Positions 7,308 through 17,129 of a stretch of 38,998 bases of DNA are shown piece by piece. Position numbers and translations under genes: made by a program. The notes beneath the pieces are model-generated. The model was not told where the DNA came from and made no database searches. It saw nothing but the letters and a program-made list of their open reading frames with translations. The stretch covers positions 1 to 38,998 of IMG/VR virus record IMGVR_UViG_3300024344_000046; one strand, written 5' to 3'. The DNA comes from a virus. Lineage: Duplodnaviria; Caudoviricetes. The stretch's first letter is position 1. Each line of letters starts with the position of its first letter.

Positions 7308-8341
7308 GCATACCTATCGTATACTTTAGAAGCAGTTCTTTCAACTCTCATAGAATGTGTCCCATGCAATATTACATGGAGTACAACTTAGGCTGGAGGG
7401 GCGCTTCTGGAAAGAAAGCGGATAAAGGAACTATTGTTCATAAGGTTCTTGAGCTGTGCGCCCTTGCAAAGAAAGCGCTGCAGGATGGTCATGCAGTTTT
7501 TGAAGATCATGAAATTGGAGAGATAGAAACTTCTAACTACGACCCAGAATATCTAGATCAAATTATTGATACAGTATATGAATATTACACTTCTAGAACT
7601 ACACATCATGATTGGAAACCTCTAGACTTGAAGCATTGCCGGAAATGGGTCTGGAAAATATTTGATGATGACGATGGCTTTTTTGATCCTAAGAATAGAA
7701 ATGTTGTGGAAGCTGAGCCGCACTTTGATTTTGAAATAGAAGAAGACTGGGCCAAGTACGAGTATGAGCTTTCTGATGGAAGTATATTGAAAGGCCATCT
7801 AGCACTAAAGGGTACTATTGACTTAATCACCGACGTTGGCGATGGAGTCTATGAGATAATTGACTGGAAGACTGGGAGAAGGCTTGACTGGGCTACAGGA
7901 AAAGAGAAGACTCATGCTAAGCTAGAAAAAGACCCTCAGCTTAGAATGTACCATCTAGCTTGTAAGAAGCTATATCCTCATGTAGAAACCTTCTTAGTGA
8001 CTATTCATTTTATGAATGATGGCGGTCCTTTTACTCTACACTTTCAAGATAGCGATATACCTGAGACTTTGGAAATGATAAGGGCTAAGTTTGAAAAAAT
8101 AAAAGATACTAACATGCCCGAACTTAGGAAGTCTTGGAAATGCTCAAAGCTGTGTTCTGCTGGCAAGACCACCTATGAAGGCACGCATGTAGATCCGATG
8201 TATAATATGTTCGGTGCAGCTCTTACAAAGTGCGAACAAACAAAAACAATGATAAAGGAAAACGGTATTGAGTGGGTAACAGGGAACTGTATGGCTCCAG
8301 ATCACACAATAGGCAAGTATAAGGCTCCCGGCGAAGTATGA
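7304..8341 (+). CDS. Cas4/RecB-like PD-(D/E)XK exonuclease
   Basis: 'CPMQYY', 'GTIVHKVLE', 'GTIDL', 'IIDWKTG', 'QLRMYHLA', and C-terminal cysteines ('KCSKLC') consistent with an Fe-S site. Confidence 0.85.
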   Translation: MSIPIVYFRSSSFNSHRMCPMQYYMEYNLGWRGASGKKADKGTIVHKVLELCALAKKALQDGHAVFEDHEIGEIETSNYDPEYLDQIIDTVYEYYTSRTTHHDWKPLDLKHCRKWVWKIFDDDDGFFDPKNRNVVEAEPHFDFEIEEDWAKYEYELSDGSILKGHLALKGTIDLITDVGDGVYEIIDWKTGRRLDWATGKEKTHAKLEKDPQLRMYHLACKKLYPHVETFLVTIHFMNDGGPFTLHFQDSDIPETLEMIRAKFEKIKDTNMPELRKSWKCSKLCSAGKTTYEGTHVDPMYNMFGAALTKCEQTKTMIKENGIEWVTGNCMAPDHTIGKYKAPGEV

Positions 8342-8883
8342 TAAAACTACCTTTTGATGACGCTATGATAGAGAGAGCTAGAGAGAAGGCAATGTCTCTA
8401 GGCTCTATTAATAACTCTATACTTAGAGGCGGTGGAAATATAGCCGGCTACTTAGGAGAAGAGGCTTTAGCTCCTTATGTTAACGCAGACATCGTTAGTA
8501 ACAATAGGGGCTTGGATAAATACAATCATGACCTTCTTCTAGAATGTGGACATAGACTTGAGGTAAAGACAAAGAGAAGAACAGTCTCTCCGAGACCACA
8601 TTATGATGTATCAATAGCCGAAACAAGCAAGCATCAGAAACCAGACCTATATGGCTTTATAAGCTTAGAGTTTGACAGATGCACCAAAAGTCATCCTAAA
8701 AAATACTATGGCCTAAAAAACATATGGTTGTGCGGCTTTATGGGATCTTTTGAGTACTGGGAAAGAGCTTCTCTCTGGGAAAGTGGGAGAATAGATAAAA
8801 CAAATAGCTTCAAGACTCATGTTAACATGTATAATTTACCTATAAGAGAACTATACGATACCATTTGGGAATTGACAAGATGA
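8338..8883 (+). CDS. Hypothetical protein with restriction-endonuclease-like PD-(D/E)XK motifs
   Basis: 'GYLGEEAL...HDLLLECGHRLEVKTK' gives the E...D...ExK arrangement. Confidence 0.6.
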   Translation: MIKLPFDDAMIERAREKAMSLGSINNSILRGGGNIAGYLGEEALAPYVNADIVSNNRGLDKYNHDLLLECGHRLEVKTKRRTVSPRPHYDVSIAETSKHQKPDLYGFISLEFDRCTKSHPKKYYGLKNIWLCGFMGSFEYWERASLWESGRIDKTNSFKTHVNMYNLPIRELYDTIWELTR

Positions 8884-10757
8884 AATACGTGCCGCTACAT
8901 GTCCATAGCGAATATTCACTTTTAGATGGACTGTCACAAACAAAACATATTGCAAAGAGACTAGAAGAGATAGAAGTTGATGCTTGTGCATTGACAGATC
9001 ACGGTACGGTAAGCGGAGCGATTGACTTCCATAAGACCATATCCAACGGCTTCAAGCCAATCCTTGGATGTGAGTTCTATGTCAGCAATAGAGATGCGAC
9101 GATCAAAGAGCCAGATAACTCGAAGCTTGCACACCAAGTTGTTATCGCAAAAGATTTGAAGGGATGGAAGAACCTACTTTCGATGGTATCAATATCCAAC
9201 AAGGTAGACCACTTTTATCATAAGCCTAGAGTTGGCGTCGATTACTTCATGGAGCTTGCATCAAAAGCAGATGGCTCTCTCGTCTCATTCAGTGGTCATC
9301 TAGGGTCTCGTCTCGCAAACGCTGTGGTAGATAACCCAAACTGGCAAAGTGATGGAATCAGAGAAGCAGAAAGGCTGCAAGACGCATTTGGCAAGGGCAA
9401 TTTCTATATAGAAATCCAGTTGATAGACTCTCTTATAAATGAAAAAGCAAAAGAAGTTGCCCAAAAGCTAAGGGAAATTTCTAATCTTACTAAAATTCCT
9501 TGTGTAGCAACGCCAGATGCGCACTACTGTAGACGTGAAGATGCCCATGACCAGAGAGTGTTACTATGTACATCTATGAGAAAGAGCATCGGACAAGTTC
9601 AATCTGAGCTTAAGCAGGGCAAGTCTCGTTCTCTAGGAACATTCTTTAATTCAAACAACTATCACATTCCTAGCTATGAAGACATGAGAGAGTTCCACAC
9701 TGAGGAGGAACTACAGCACACAATCGACATAGCTAACATGTGTACACAGTACGACATTCTAGGACCTCCAAATCCGCCGGTATTTGCTTGTCCGAACGGT
9801 ATGTCTCCGAATGATTATCTAAGGGAGCTGTGTAGAGAAGGATGGTCTAGCAAGATGAGCCATGTCGAAAAGGGTTCTCTATTTAGTGAGTATGGAGATA
9901 GAGTCAATAAAGAAATTAAAATTTTTACTGAAACTAACCTGTCAAGTTACTTCTTAATTGTTAGGGATATCTTAAAGTATGCTGAGTCAAGAGGATATCT
10001 CACAGGGCCGGGAAGAGGTAGTGCTGCTGGATGTATGGTTTCTTACCTTATGGACATTACAAAGATTGATCCAATGCCGCATGACTTAATCTTTGAAAGA
10101 TTCTATAATGCTGGACGTAATGCTGGCGGAAGAGTATCAATGCCTGATATTGATATTGACGTACCTAAACAATCAAGAAATGATATTATAGACTACATCA
10201 AGCAAAAGTATGGTGAAGACAATGTAGCTCAGATTGTTACATTCCAAACTCTCAAGGGTCGTGCTGCACTAAAAAGAGTTATGGCAGCTAGAGGAAACAT
10301 TGGTTTTAGTGAGCAGAATGCTATAACGTCTCATATTCTAGATGAAGCAAAAATTTCGGATGAGTTACAGGACATGAAGGATGAGCTAGGAACTGCATCT
10401 GTGATAACTTGGGCTCTTGAGAACAAGAAGGACAAACTCAAAGAGTGGTGTTATGTAGATGATAATGGCAATTTGCAAGGTAAGTTTGCTAAGATCTTTG
10501 AGCAAGCAATTAGGTTGGAAGACACGAAGATTATTCAATCTAAGCATGCAGCTGGCGTTGTAGTATCTCCTCAGCCGATATATGATGTTTGCCCAATGGT
10601 CATAGACAAAGAGGGAAAAGGGCAACTAGCAGGCTTTGAAGGACCATCATGCGAAGATGCTGGACTTCTTAAGCTAGACGTTTTGGGAATTAAAATGCTA
10701 GATAAGATTATGGAAATGCCAGAAATTATAAAGAATACTTATAAGGTACAAGTATAA
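8880..10757 (+). CDS. dnaE: DNA polymerase III alpha subunit, N-terminal half (PHP + palm)
   Basis: 'LHVHSEYSLLDG', 'ALTDHG', 'PILGCE', 'TPDAHY', 'GPGRGSAAG', 'FERF', 'MPDIDID', 'HAAGVV' and 'GLLKLDVLG'. The ORF stops shortly after the last motif. ATG at 8880 overlaps the upstream stop (ATGA). Confidence 0.93.
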   Translation: MKYVPLHVHSEYSLLDGLSQTKHIAKRLEEIEVDACALTDHGTVSGAIDFHKTISNGFKPILGCEFYVSNRDATIKEPDNSKLAHQVVIAKDLKGWKNLLSMVSISNKVDHFYHKPRVGVDYFMELASKADGSLVSFSGHLGSRLANAVVDNPNWQSDGIREAERLQDAFGKGNFYIEIQLIDSLINEKAKEVAQKLREISNLTKIPCVATPDAHYCRREDAHDQRVLLCTSMRKSIGQVQSELKQGKSRSLGTFFNSNNYHIPSYEDMREFHTEEELQHTIDIANMCTQYDILGPPNPPVFACPNGMSPNDYLRELCREGWSSKMSHVEKGSLFSEYGDRVNKEIKIFTETNLSSYFLIVRDILKYAESRGYLTGPGRGSAAGCMVSYLMDITKIDPMPHDLIFERFYNAGRNAGGRVSMPDIDIDVPKQSRNDIIDYIKQKYGEDNVAQIVTFQTLKGRAALKRVMAARGNIGFSEQNAITSHILDEAKISDELQDMKDELGTASVITWALENKKDKLKEWCYVDDNGNLQGKFAKIFEQAIRLEDTKIIQSKHAAGVVVSPQPIYDVCPMVIDKEGKGQLAGFEGPSCEDAGLLKLDVLGIKMLDKIMEMPEIIKNTYKVQV

Positions 10758-10758
10758 T

Positions 10759-10875
10759 ATGGTAGTATGGAAATACTGTGAAGTTTGTGGTAAAGTTGTA
10801 GATGAGTATCAAAAACGATGCTCTGAATGTAGCGCTGAAATAGATTGGGAAGAAAAAGAAGATGATAAACAATAG
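10759..10875 (+). CDS. 38-aa zinc-ribbon microprotein (absent from the ORF track)
   Basis: MVVWKYCEVCGKVVDEYQKRCSECSAEIDWEEKEDDKQ*, with CxxC-x10-CxxC. It starts 1 nt after the dnaE-N stop and overlaps the next gene. Confidence 0.7.
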   Translation: MVVWKYCEVCGKVVDEYQKRCSECSAEIDWEEKEDDKQ

Positions 10876-11539
10876 ATGGATTATAGTGTTTGACCTAGAA
10901 ACCGATGGGACTGATCCGTATAGTTGTAATCCTGTTGAGCTTGCGGCTGTCCCTGTTGATCCCAGAACATTAGAGATCAAAGAGGCACAGGCTTTTAGGG
11001 TCACAATCAAGCCAGACGGTATTGATGACGAGGAGTACTTTACAAAGGCTCGTCAAGACACAATCGCTTGGCATGCTAAAACAAGAGGTGTTGAATCGGA
11101 AGACATCATAGAGGATTGGAAGAATGGGCAGACTGAGAAAGTTGCTTGGAAGAACTTTATGTCTTATTGTTCTAAGTATGAGGTAGATAAGAGGCCGGGA
11201 CAATGGTACACTGAACCTATCCCTGCTGGATACAATATCATTGGCTTTGATCTACCTATTCTAAAAAGGTTATCAGAAAAACACAAGACTAAGATGCCTC
11301 TATCCACAGTCACAAAAATTGATATGATGGATATTCTTTTTACTTGGTTTGAAAATCTAGATGAGCCCAACAGTATGAAGCTTGATACTTTTAGGGACTT
11401 CTTTGGATTAAAGGCAAGTGCTCAAGCACACGAAGCTCTATCAGATACAATTGACGAAGCTAAACTGATGGTTAAGTTTTTAAAGTTTCATAGAAAACAA
11501 GCAAGTGTAAGTAAATTTAAAGGTGCGTTTAGCAAATGA
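10862..11539 (+). CDS. dnaQ: DEDDh 3'-5' exonuclease (DnaQ/epsilon-like)
   Basis: ExoI 'IVFDLETDG', ExoII 'GYNIIGFDLPIL' and ExoIII 'AHEALSD'. Confidence 0.85.
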   Translation: MINNRWIIVFDLETDGTDPYSCNPVELAAVPVDPRTLEIKEAQAFRVTIKPDGIDDEEYFTKARQDTIAWHAKTRGVESEDIIEDWKNGQTEKVAWKNFMSYCSKYEVDKRPGQWYTEPIPAGYNIIGFDLPILKRLSEKHKTKMPLSTVTKIDMMDILFTWFENLDEPNSMKLDTFRDFFGLKASAQAHEALSDTIDEAKLMVKFLKFHRKQASVSKFKGAFSK

Positions 11540-13173
11540 TAAATCTAGATTGCGGATGTCAGTTTGAACAAGACGATGAAGGTAGGATTATCTTCGGCAC
11601 TGACATAACAAAAATGAATATGGACTGCCCTAAAACTTGGGACTTAATATGCGAAGGAAATACGAAAGGTGTCTTTCAGCTTGAGTCTCAGCTTGGAAGA
11701 TCTCTAGCAAAGCAAGCTAAACCAAGAAACATCGAAGAGCTGTCAGACCTAATCGCTATTATGCGTCCGGGATGTCTTGAGGCTGTAGTCAAAGGAAAGA
11801 CTCTTACGATGCACTATATCGACAGGAAGCACAAGGTTGACGCTGTCGAGTACTTCCATGAAGCTTTAGAGCCGATTCTTAAGAGCACTTACGGCATTCT
11901 TGTCTTCCAAGAACAAGCTATTCTTATTGCACAGCAAATAGCTGGCTTTGACTTGCAGGAAGCTGATATCCTTCGTAAGGCAATCGGTAAGAAGAAGGCT
12001 AGTGTCATGGCAGAAGTCAAGAAGTCTTTCATAGAAAAGTCTGAGGCAAAAGGTATTGTCACTAGAGAGGAAGCTGAGGAGATATTCTCTTGGATTGAAA
12101 AGTCTCAAAGATATTCTTTTAATAAATCTCATTCTGTCAGCTATGCCTATAATGCATATCTCACAGCATATGCTAAAGCTCACTTCCCACATGAATTCTT
12201 TACTTCTTACCTAAAGCATGCAGTTGGAAAGCCAGACACATTTATTGAAGTTCAAGAACTTGTTAACAACGCAAAGATAATGGGCATCAACACAATGCCT
12301 CCTAGTATTATTCACATGAATGAAGAGTTCGAGCTTATTGAACAACATCCAAGATATGGTCTTACAAACGTAAAAGGAGTGGGTTCATCTGTATTTAAAA
12401 AGATGGTGAATTACATGGAGACTGAGGGAATAGATCCTAAAGCCTGCGACTGGTCTTGCTTTTTGATCTTAGTATCCCCCAAGGTTAATAAGAAGGCCTT
12501 TGAGAGCCTCATACTAGCCGGAGCGTTCGATTGTTTTAAAATTCCTAGATCTAAGATGCAGCATAATTTTAATGTAATTAAAGAGTTTAGCAAGAGGGAG
12601 ATCTCTTGGTTAATTGATTATAAAAAACAGAACTACGAGCTGAGCACAGAGCAATGTATACAGGCTATGATAGATGCATCTCAAGGCAAAGATAAGAATA
12701 GACCAATCTTTAGAAGAGACAGATGTCCTATCGTTGAAGACTTGCTTCGATCATACAATGATCCCGGATATGAACTATTTGATTCTGCGTCTTGGCTTGC
12801 GAAACAAGAACAAGAACTGCTTGGTATAGCTTTAACATGCAACAAAGTAGATGAGTACAATACAGATAGGGCTAACTGCACCTGTAAGGAGTTTATTGAC
12901 GGCTTCGAAAGTCAGTATGGCCCTGTGATAGCAGTCCAGATAGAATCTGTAAGAGAATGGAAGATCAAGAAAGGGAAGGCCAAAGGCAAGAGTATGGGGT
13001 TCATAACAGCTGGTGATACTAGCTGTATCCTAGACAACATTACTGCCTTCTCTGATGAATGGGAAAAGTATAAGAACTTGCTCTACGAAGGCAACACTGT
13101 TCTTCTAAGAGGAAGCAGAGACAAAAATAGAGGAAGTTTTTTGGTAAAAAGAGTTGAACAGCTAACAAGTTAG
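11536..13173 (+). CDS. dnaE: DNA polymerase III alpha subunit, C-terminal half (fingers, HhH, OB fold)
   Basis: 'GNTKGVFQLES', 'AIMRPG', 'TYGILVFQEQ', 'ADILRKAIGKK', 'YSFNKSHSVSY', 'YGLTNVKGVG', 'LILAGAFD' and an OB-like C-terminus. Confidence 0.93.
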   Translation: MINLDCGCQFEQDDEGRIIFGTDITKMNMDCPKTWDLICEGNTKGVFQLESQLGRSLAKQAKPRNIEELSDLIAIMRPGCLEAVVKGKTLTMHYIDRKHKVDAVEYFHEALEPILKSTYGILVFQEQAILIAQQIAGFDLQEADILRKAIGKKKASVMAEVKKSFIEKSEAKGIVTREEAEEIFSWIEKSQRYSFNKSHSVSYAYNAYLTAYAKAHFPHEFFTSYLKHAVGKPDTFIEVQELVNNAKIMGINTMPPSIIHMNEEFELIEQHPRYGLTNVKGVGSSVFKKMVNYMETEGIDPKACDWSCFLILVSPKVNKKAFESLILAGAFDCFKIPRSKMQHNFNVIKEFSKREISWLIDYKKQNYELSTEQCIQAMIDASQGKDKNRPIFRRDRCPIVEDLLRSYNDPGYELFDSASWLAKQEQELLGIALTCNKVDEYNTDRANCTCKEFIDGFESQYGPVIAVQIESVREWKIKKGKAKGKSMGFITAGDTSCILDNITAFSDEWEKYKNLLYEGNTVLLRGSRDKNRGSFLVKRVEQLTS

Positions 13174-13200
13174 TTTGAAAAGGACGATATAATATATTAT

Positions 13201-13647
13201 ATGGATGATTTAATAGAAAAGAACATGGGACTTGTTGTCTCTGTTGTGAACTCTTTCAATCCTAAGAGTAACACAGAGAAGGAAGATTATATACAAGCTG
13301 GCAGGATAGGACTTTGGAAAGCTCTAGAAAAGCATGATCCAGAGAAATCAGCTCTGTCTACCTTTGCTTGGAATCCGATACGATGGGAAATAATCAAGGA
13401 AATAAAAGCGATTAAATCTAATAGATATTTTTCTATCTCAGATGAAAAAACTCCTTACTATATTACTAAGGATACCCTTTGGGAACATTGTCCTGACAGC
13501 CTTTCTGTAGAGGAATCTGAGCTAATAGATCTTAGGAAAATGGGATATACTCTACAAGAAATAGCTGACATATTGGGTAGAGGAAGATCCTATGTTAAAA
13601 GAGTCGTATATCGTGCTATACAAAAGATAAGAGAGTGTAATGAGTAA
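13201..13647 (+). CDS. Small sigma-70-family factor (regions 2 and 4)
   Basis: Region 2 'LIEKNMGLV...EDYIQAGRIGLWKALEKHDP...STFA' and region 4 HTH 'GYTLQEIADILG'. Confidence 0.85.
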   Translation: MDDLIEKNMGLVVSVVNSFNPKSNTEKEDYIQAGRIGLWKALEKHDPEKSALSTFAWNPIRWEIIKEIKAIKSNRYFSISDEKTPYYITKDTLWEHCPDSLSVEESELIDLRKMGYTLQEIADILGRGRSYVKRVVYRAIQKIRECNE

Positions 13648-15286
13648 GAAAAGAGTATTATTTGTTAGTGAGTCTCATCACTTGGCATCTGGGTTTGGAA
13701 CATATGCTAAGCAGGTTCTACCCAGACTAGCAGCGACCAATAAATATCATCTTGCTGAATTCGCGTCCTACGGAGATATTAATAGAATAGGGGACGTTCC
13801 TTGGGACTACTACAGCAACACCCCAATCACAGAAGAAGAAAAGAATCTATATAATAGCCAGCAAGCAAATGCGTTTGGCATATGGAGATTCAATAGAGTA
13901 GTGTTGGACTTTAAGCCTGACATCGTTCTAACCTATAGAGATCCTTGGATGGACGAGTGGATAAAAGAGTCTCCTCTAAGAAAGTACTTCCATTGGCTAT
14001 GGATGCCTACTGTTGACTCTTACCCCCAGAAGAGAAAATGGCTAGAGACATTCAAGTCGTGCGATGCTGTACTAGCATACTCGGAGTTTGGGGAAAAAGT
14101 GCTAGACAGGCAATCTGGAGGAACGATTAATACAATAGGTTGTGCCTCTCCAGCGATAGATCCAAAAGTCTACAAGCCCGTACAAGACAAGAAGAAGCAT
14201 AAGTCGTCGTATGGACTTCCTGAAGATTGCTTTATAACTGGCACAGTTATGAGAAATCAGACGCGGAAACTCTTCATAGAGCTTATGAAATCTTTTAGAA
14301 TGTTTCTAGACAATGCTCCGAAAGAGATAGCAGAGAAATCATTTTTATATCTGCACACAAGCTATCCAGAAAAGGGCGGCTGGGATATAGAAGATGGAAT
14401 AATGAGCAATGGACTTTCTAATAATGTCCTTTGCACGTATGTTTGCAGGGGATGTTCTCACTGGGAGCCGTCTAGATATAAAGGTCCAGTGAAAAAATGT
14501 AGCAAATGCGGACAAAGAAATGCATTCATGCCCAATGTTGGTCACGGGATAAGCATAGAGGAGCTCATAAATGTATACAATTTATTTGACCTATATGTAC
14601 AGTATGCTATCTGTGAAGGGTTTGGTATGCCACAAGTGGAGGCAGCTTGCTGCGGAGTCCCTGTAGCAGCTGTTGACTACAGCGCTATGGAAGACGTTGT
14701 GAGACATACTAATGGATATCCTATAAGAATTAAAAAGATGTTTAGGGAGCTCAATACTAACGCAGAGAGAGCTTATCCAGACAACGAGCACTTGGCAGAG
14801 ATATTACAACATCATTTTTCTCATGATGACAACTATAGAAAAGAGAGGTCTTCTCAGGCTAGGGAAGGAGCAATGAGAAGATATGACTGGGATGCAACAG
14901 CTAAAGTATGGGAAAATTATATAGACTCTTATAAGCCTATAGCAGAGCAAGGAAAGTGGGATCTGCCTATAGAGCAGTCAGATATTCCTGATCAAATTCC
15001 TCAAGGAATGTCTTACGAACACTTTGTAAAATGGTGCTTTGCAGAGCTAATAAGAAGCCCAGAAAGAGTTAACTCATATGATGCACAAAAATACCTTGCT
15101 AGCCTAGACTTTGGATGCTTTATAGATGGATCATATGGGCCTCAATTAGAACCATTCAATGTTGATATTATGTTTAATATATTCAAGACAAGAGCTCAAG
15201 ACAAAAATATACTAGAACAGCTGAGGACAGGTGTCTTGGAAGCTGCCCCAATGACATTCTTGAAAAAAGGAAGAATGGATGATTAA
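13640..15286 (+). CDS. GT4-family (GT-B) glycosyltransferase
   Basis: 'RVLFVSE...SGFG', 'KPDIV', 'VMRNQTRK', and the signature 'EGFGMPQVEAACCGVPV', followed by 'RYDWD..A..W'. Confidence 0.9.
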   Translation: MSKKRVLFVSESHHLASGFGTYAKQVLPRLAATNKYHLAEFASYGDINRIGDVPWDYYSNTPITEEEKNLYNSQQANAFGIWRFNRVVLDFKPDIVLTYRDPWMDEWIKESPLRKYFHWLWMPTVDSYPQKRKWLETFKSCDAVLAYSEFGEKVLDRQSGGTINTIGCASPAIDPKVYKPVQDKKKHKSSYGLPEDCFITGTVMRNQTRKLFIELMKSFRMFLDNAPKEIAEKSFLYLHTSYPEKGGWDIEDGIMSNGLSNNVLCTYVCRGCSHWEPSRYKGPVKKCSKCGQRNAFMPNVGHGISIEELINVYNLFDLYVQYAICEGFGMPQVEAACCGVPVAAVDYSAMEDVVRHTNGYPIRIKKMFRELNTNAERAYPDNEHLAEILQHHFSHDDNYRKERSSQAREGAMRRYDWDATAKVWENYIDSYKPIAEQGKWDLPIEQSDIPDQIPQGMSYEHFVKWCFAELIRSPERVNSYDAQKYLASLDFGCFIDGSYGPQLEPFNVDIMFNIFKTRAQDKNILEQLRTGVLEAAPMTFLKKGRMDD

Positions 15287-16277
15287 GTCAGTTACAATAT
15301 CGCCCTATGAGAGCAACTCAGAAATTGGAGTTAAGTCTAGGTCTTTAGTCAAAGACCTGTCTTCCTGCGAGAATATTAATAACACAAATTGTTCTATCTA
15401 TGACAGGCAAGTTGAGGTTAGTGGTATACACGAATTACCAATCGAGAATCCAGACTTATGCATACAGTATGTCAATTATGAAAACTTTGTTAAAACAAAA
15501 TATACGAATGTTGGAATATTTGAGCCTACACTAAAAGGAGTCATAGAACAAGAAAATTTTCTTAGACTTCTAGACAAGATAGTTGTCCGAAGTCACTCTC
15601 AGAAAAAGACTATACCAAAGCCGTTGAGAAAAAATGTCTTGGTTGCTAGGCCAACAGTAGCTAAAGCCCCTAGACAATCTAGCATGAAGCACATAACAAA
15701 AAACACATGCTTTCTTACTTCTTCATTGGGCGAGTACACTAATTTAGAAGTTGTTATTCGTGCGTATCTAAGTTCGTTTACATCAAGCGACAATGTCGTA
15801 CTTAACGTACTATCAGACTCTCCCCAAGAACTAGTGTCATTTATAAACACGATTAAAGAGGGTATCAATGTCTTTACCAAAGTAGATTTATACCCAACTA
15901 TAGCGATATATAATGATAATAGTGTTTACGAAAAGTCGAATTGTTTCATAGATGCGACTATGGATTATTCAATATCACTGCCAACCATGATCTCAACATC
16001 TTATGCAAGTCCTATAATCACTTGTAACCACGACGGTATATTCGAGTGGCTTGATGAAAAGTATTGCTACTTAGTTAAGTCATCTGAAGGTAGAAGGTCC
16101 TCACATCTTATTGGGAATATTCCTAACGAGCTACACTTAGCTGAAACCATGAAGAGAGTTGTAAACAATAAGAAAGAGTTTAGGAATAAGCAAGAGATGA
16201 TGATAAGATCAGGCTATAAAAGTTTTTACTACAAACATAATAAAAGTGTTGGAGATGTAATATGTTCCATGTGCTAG
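15279..16277 (+). CDS. Degenerate GT-B glycosyltransferase-like protein
   Basis: 'VIRAYLSSFTSSDNVVL', 'CFID...SLP.......PIIT....G..E' and 'L.ETMKRV' resemble a GT-B C-terminal domain, but the ExFG...E motif is absent. Confidence 0.5.
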   Translation: MIKSVTISPYESNSEIGVKSRSLVKDLSSCENINNTNCSIYDRQVEVSGIHELPIENPDLCIQYVNYENFVKTKYTNVGIFEPTLKGVIEQENFLRLLDKIVVRSHSQKKTIPKPLRKNVLVARPTVAKAPRQSSMKHITKNTCFLTSSLGEYTNLEVVIRAYLSSFTSSDNVVLNVLSDSPQELVSFINTIKEGINVFTKVDLYPTIAIYNDNSVYEKSNCFIDATMDYSISLPTMISTSYASPIITCNHDGIFEWLDEKYCYLVKSSEGRRSSHLIGNIPNELHLAETMKRVVNNKKEFRNKQEMMIRSGYKSFYYKHNKSVGDVICSMC

Positions 16278-17128
16278 ATAGACTAAACAAAAGAACGAAT
16301 ACAAAAGTATGCAATATACTTCTATTCCAAAGCGGCTATGAGGAATACTGCAAGGAGCTTTGCGATATTGAGGATGTTAATATATATGTACATAGTCCAA
16401 GCAGTTGGGGTTTGCCACTAGAGTCTTGCCCTTCCAACCTTTTATTTATACAACAAACATCATCGCCTATGGTTGGTACGTTTGACAAAATGATTTGTGT
16501 TGGAACTGCCGAAGAGATGAAGATGGCAAAACAGCTTCAGCAAAGATTTGGTATAGATCTAATATGCGTTCATAACAGTAGTGAGCAAAATTATTGCCCA
16601 AGACCATTTACTTTTAATGTAAAGGAAAAAGTTGAATACTCTTCACAGGTAGAGGTCTCTATGCTTCCATTTTTTGGAAGAGAGGGGAGCATCACTATAC
16701 CTCCTGTATACAAAGATACTCCGTCTGAAAACAAGAATGAATCTGTTTGTATTTTTCAACATGCCCCAGCTAATATAATTGCAGCTTTTTCTTCGGCATC
16801 CAAAGTTCAAACATTGTTGGAATTCAACCCTGACAACTTAGTATCATCTAAGGTATTTTTAGATACTATCGTAGGGCTGACACCACACCTTATAAAGGCG
16901 CTGACCTTTGGCTGCATACCAGTCTTACCCTACTCGGTAGAAGCAGAAAGGCTGTTGGGTGATAAGGGATACTTTTATAATGGTTATGAAGACTTGTCAG
17001 AATTAATTCAAGAGGCTATGTCAAGTAATATTTCACAATATGAGATCAGAGATTTAGCCTCAAAGTGCTTCACAAGCAAAGAAGATTTTATTAATAAATG
17101 GGAATATGTTTTAGGAAGAAGTTCGTAA
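16262..17128 (+). CDS. Degenerate glycosyltransferase-like protein
   Basis: 'SKVFLDT...LIKALTFGCIPV' and the terminal 'F...DFINKWEYVL' resemble a GT-B C-terminal domain. Confidence 0.5.
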   Translation: MFHVLDRLNKRTNTKVCNILLFQSGYEEYCKELCDIEDVNIYVHSPSSWGLPLESCPSNLLFIQQTSSPMVGTFDKMICVGTAEEMKMAKQLQQRFGIDLICVHNSSEQNYCPRPFTFNVKEKVEYSSQVEVSMLPFFGREGSITIPPVYKDTPSENKNESVCIFQHAPANIIAAFSSASKVQTLLEFNPDNLVSSKVFLDTIVGLTPHLIKALTFGCIPVLPYSVEAERLLGDKGYFYNGYEDLSELIQEAMSSNISQYEIRDLASKCFTSKEDFINKWEYVLGRSS

Positions 17129-17129
17129 T

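Noticed and set aside
7304-8341. Cas4-like gene as a CRISPR adaptation module for the TnpB-like gene
   Set aside because: Solo Cas4-like nucleases are common in phage replication modules, no cas1/cas2 is present, and it lies 5 kb away.
10700-11600. Split intein or intron joining the dnaE halves
   Set aside because: There are no intein terminal motifs, and the gap is completely filled by two intact ORFs with no room for an intron core.
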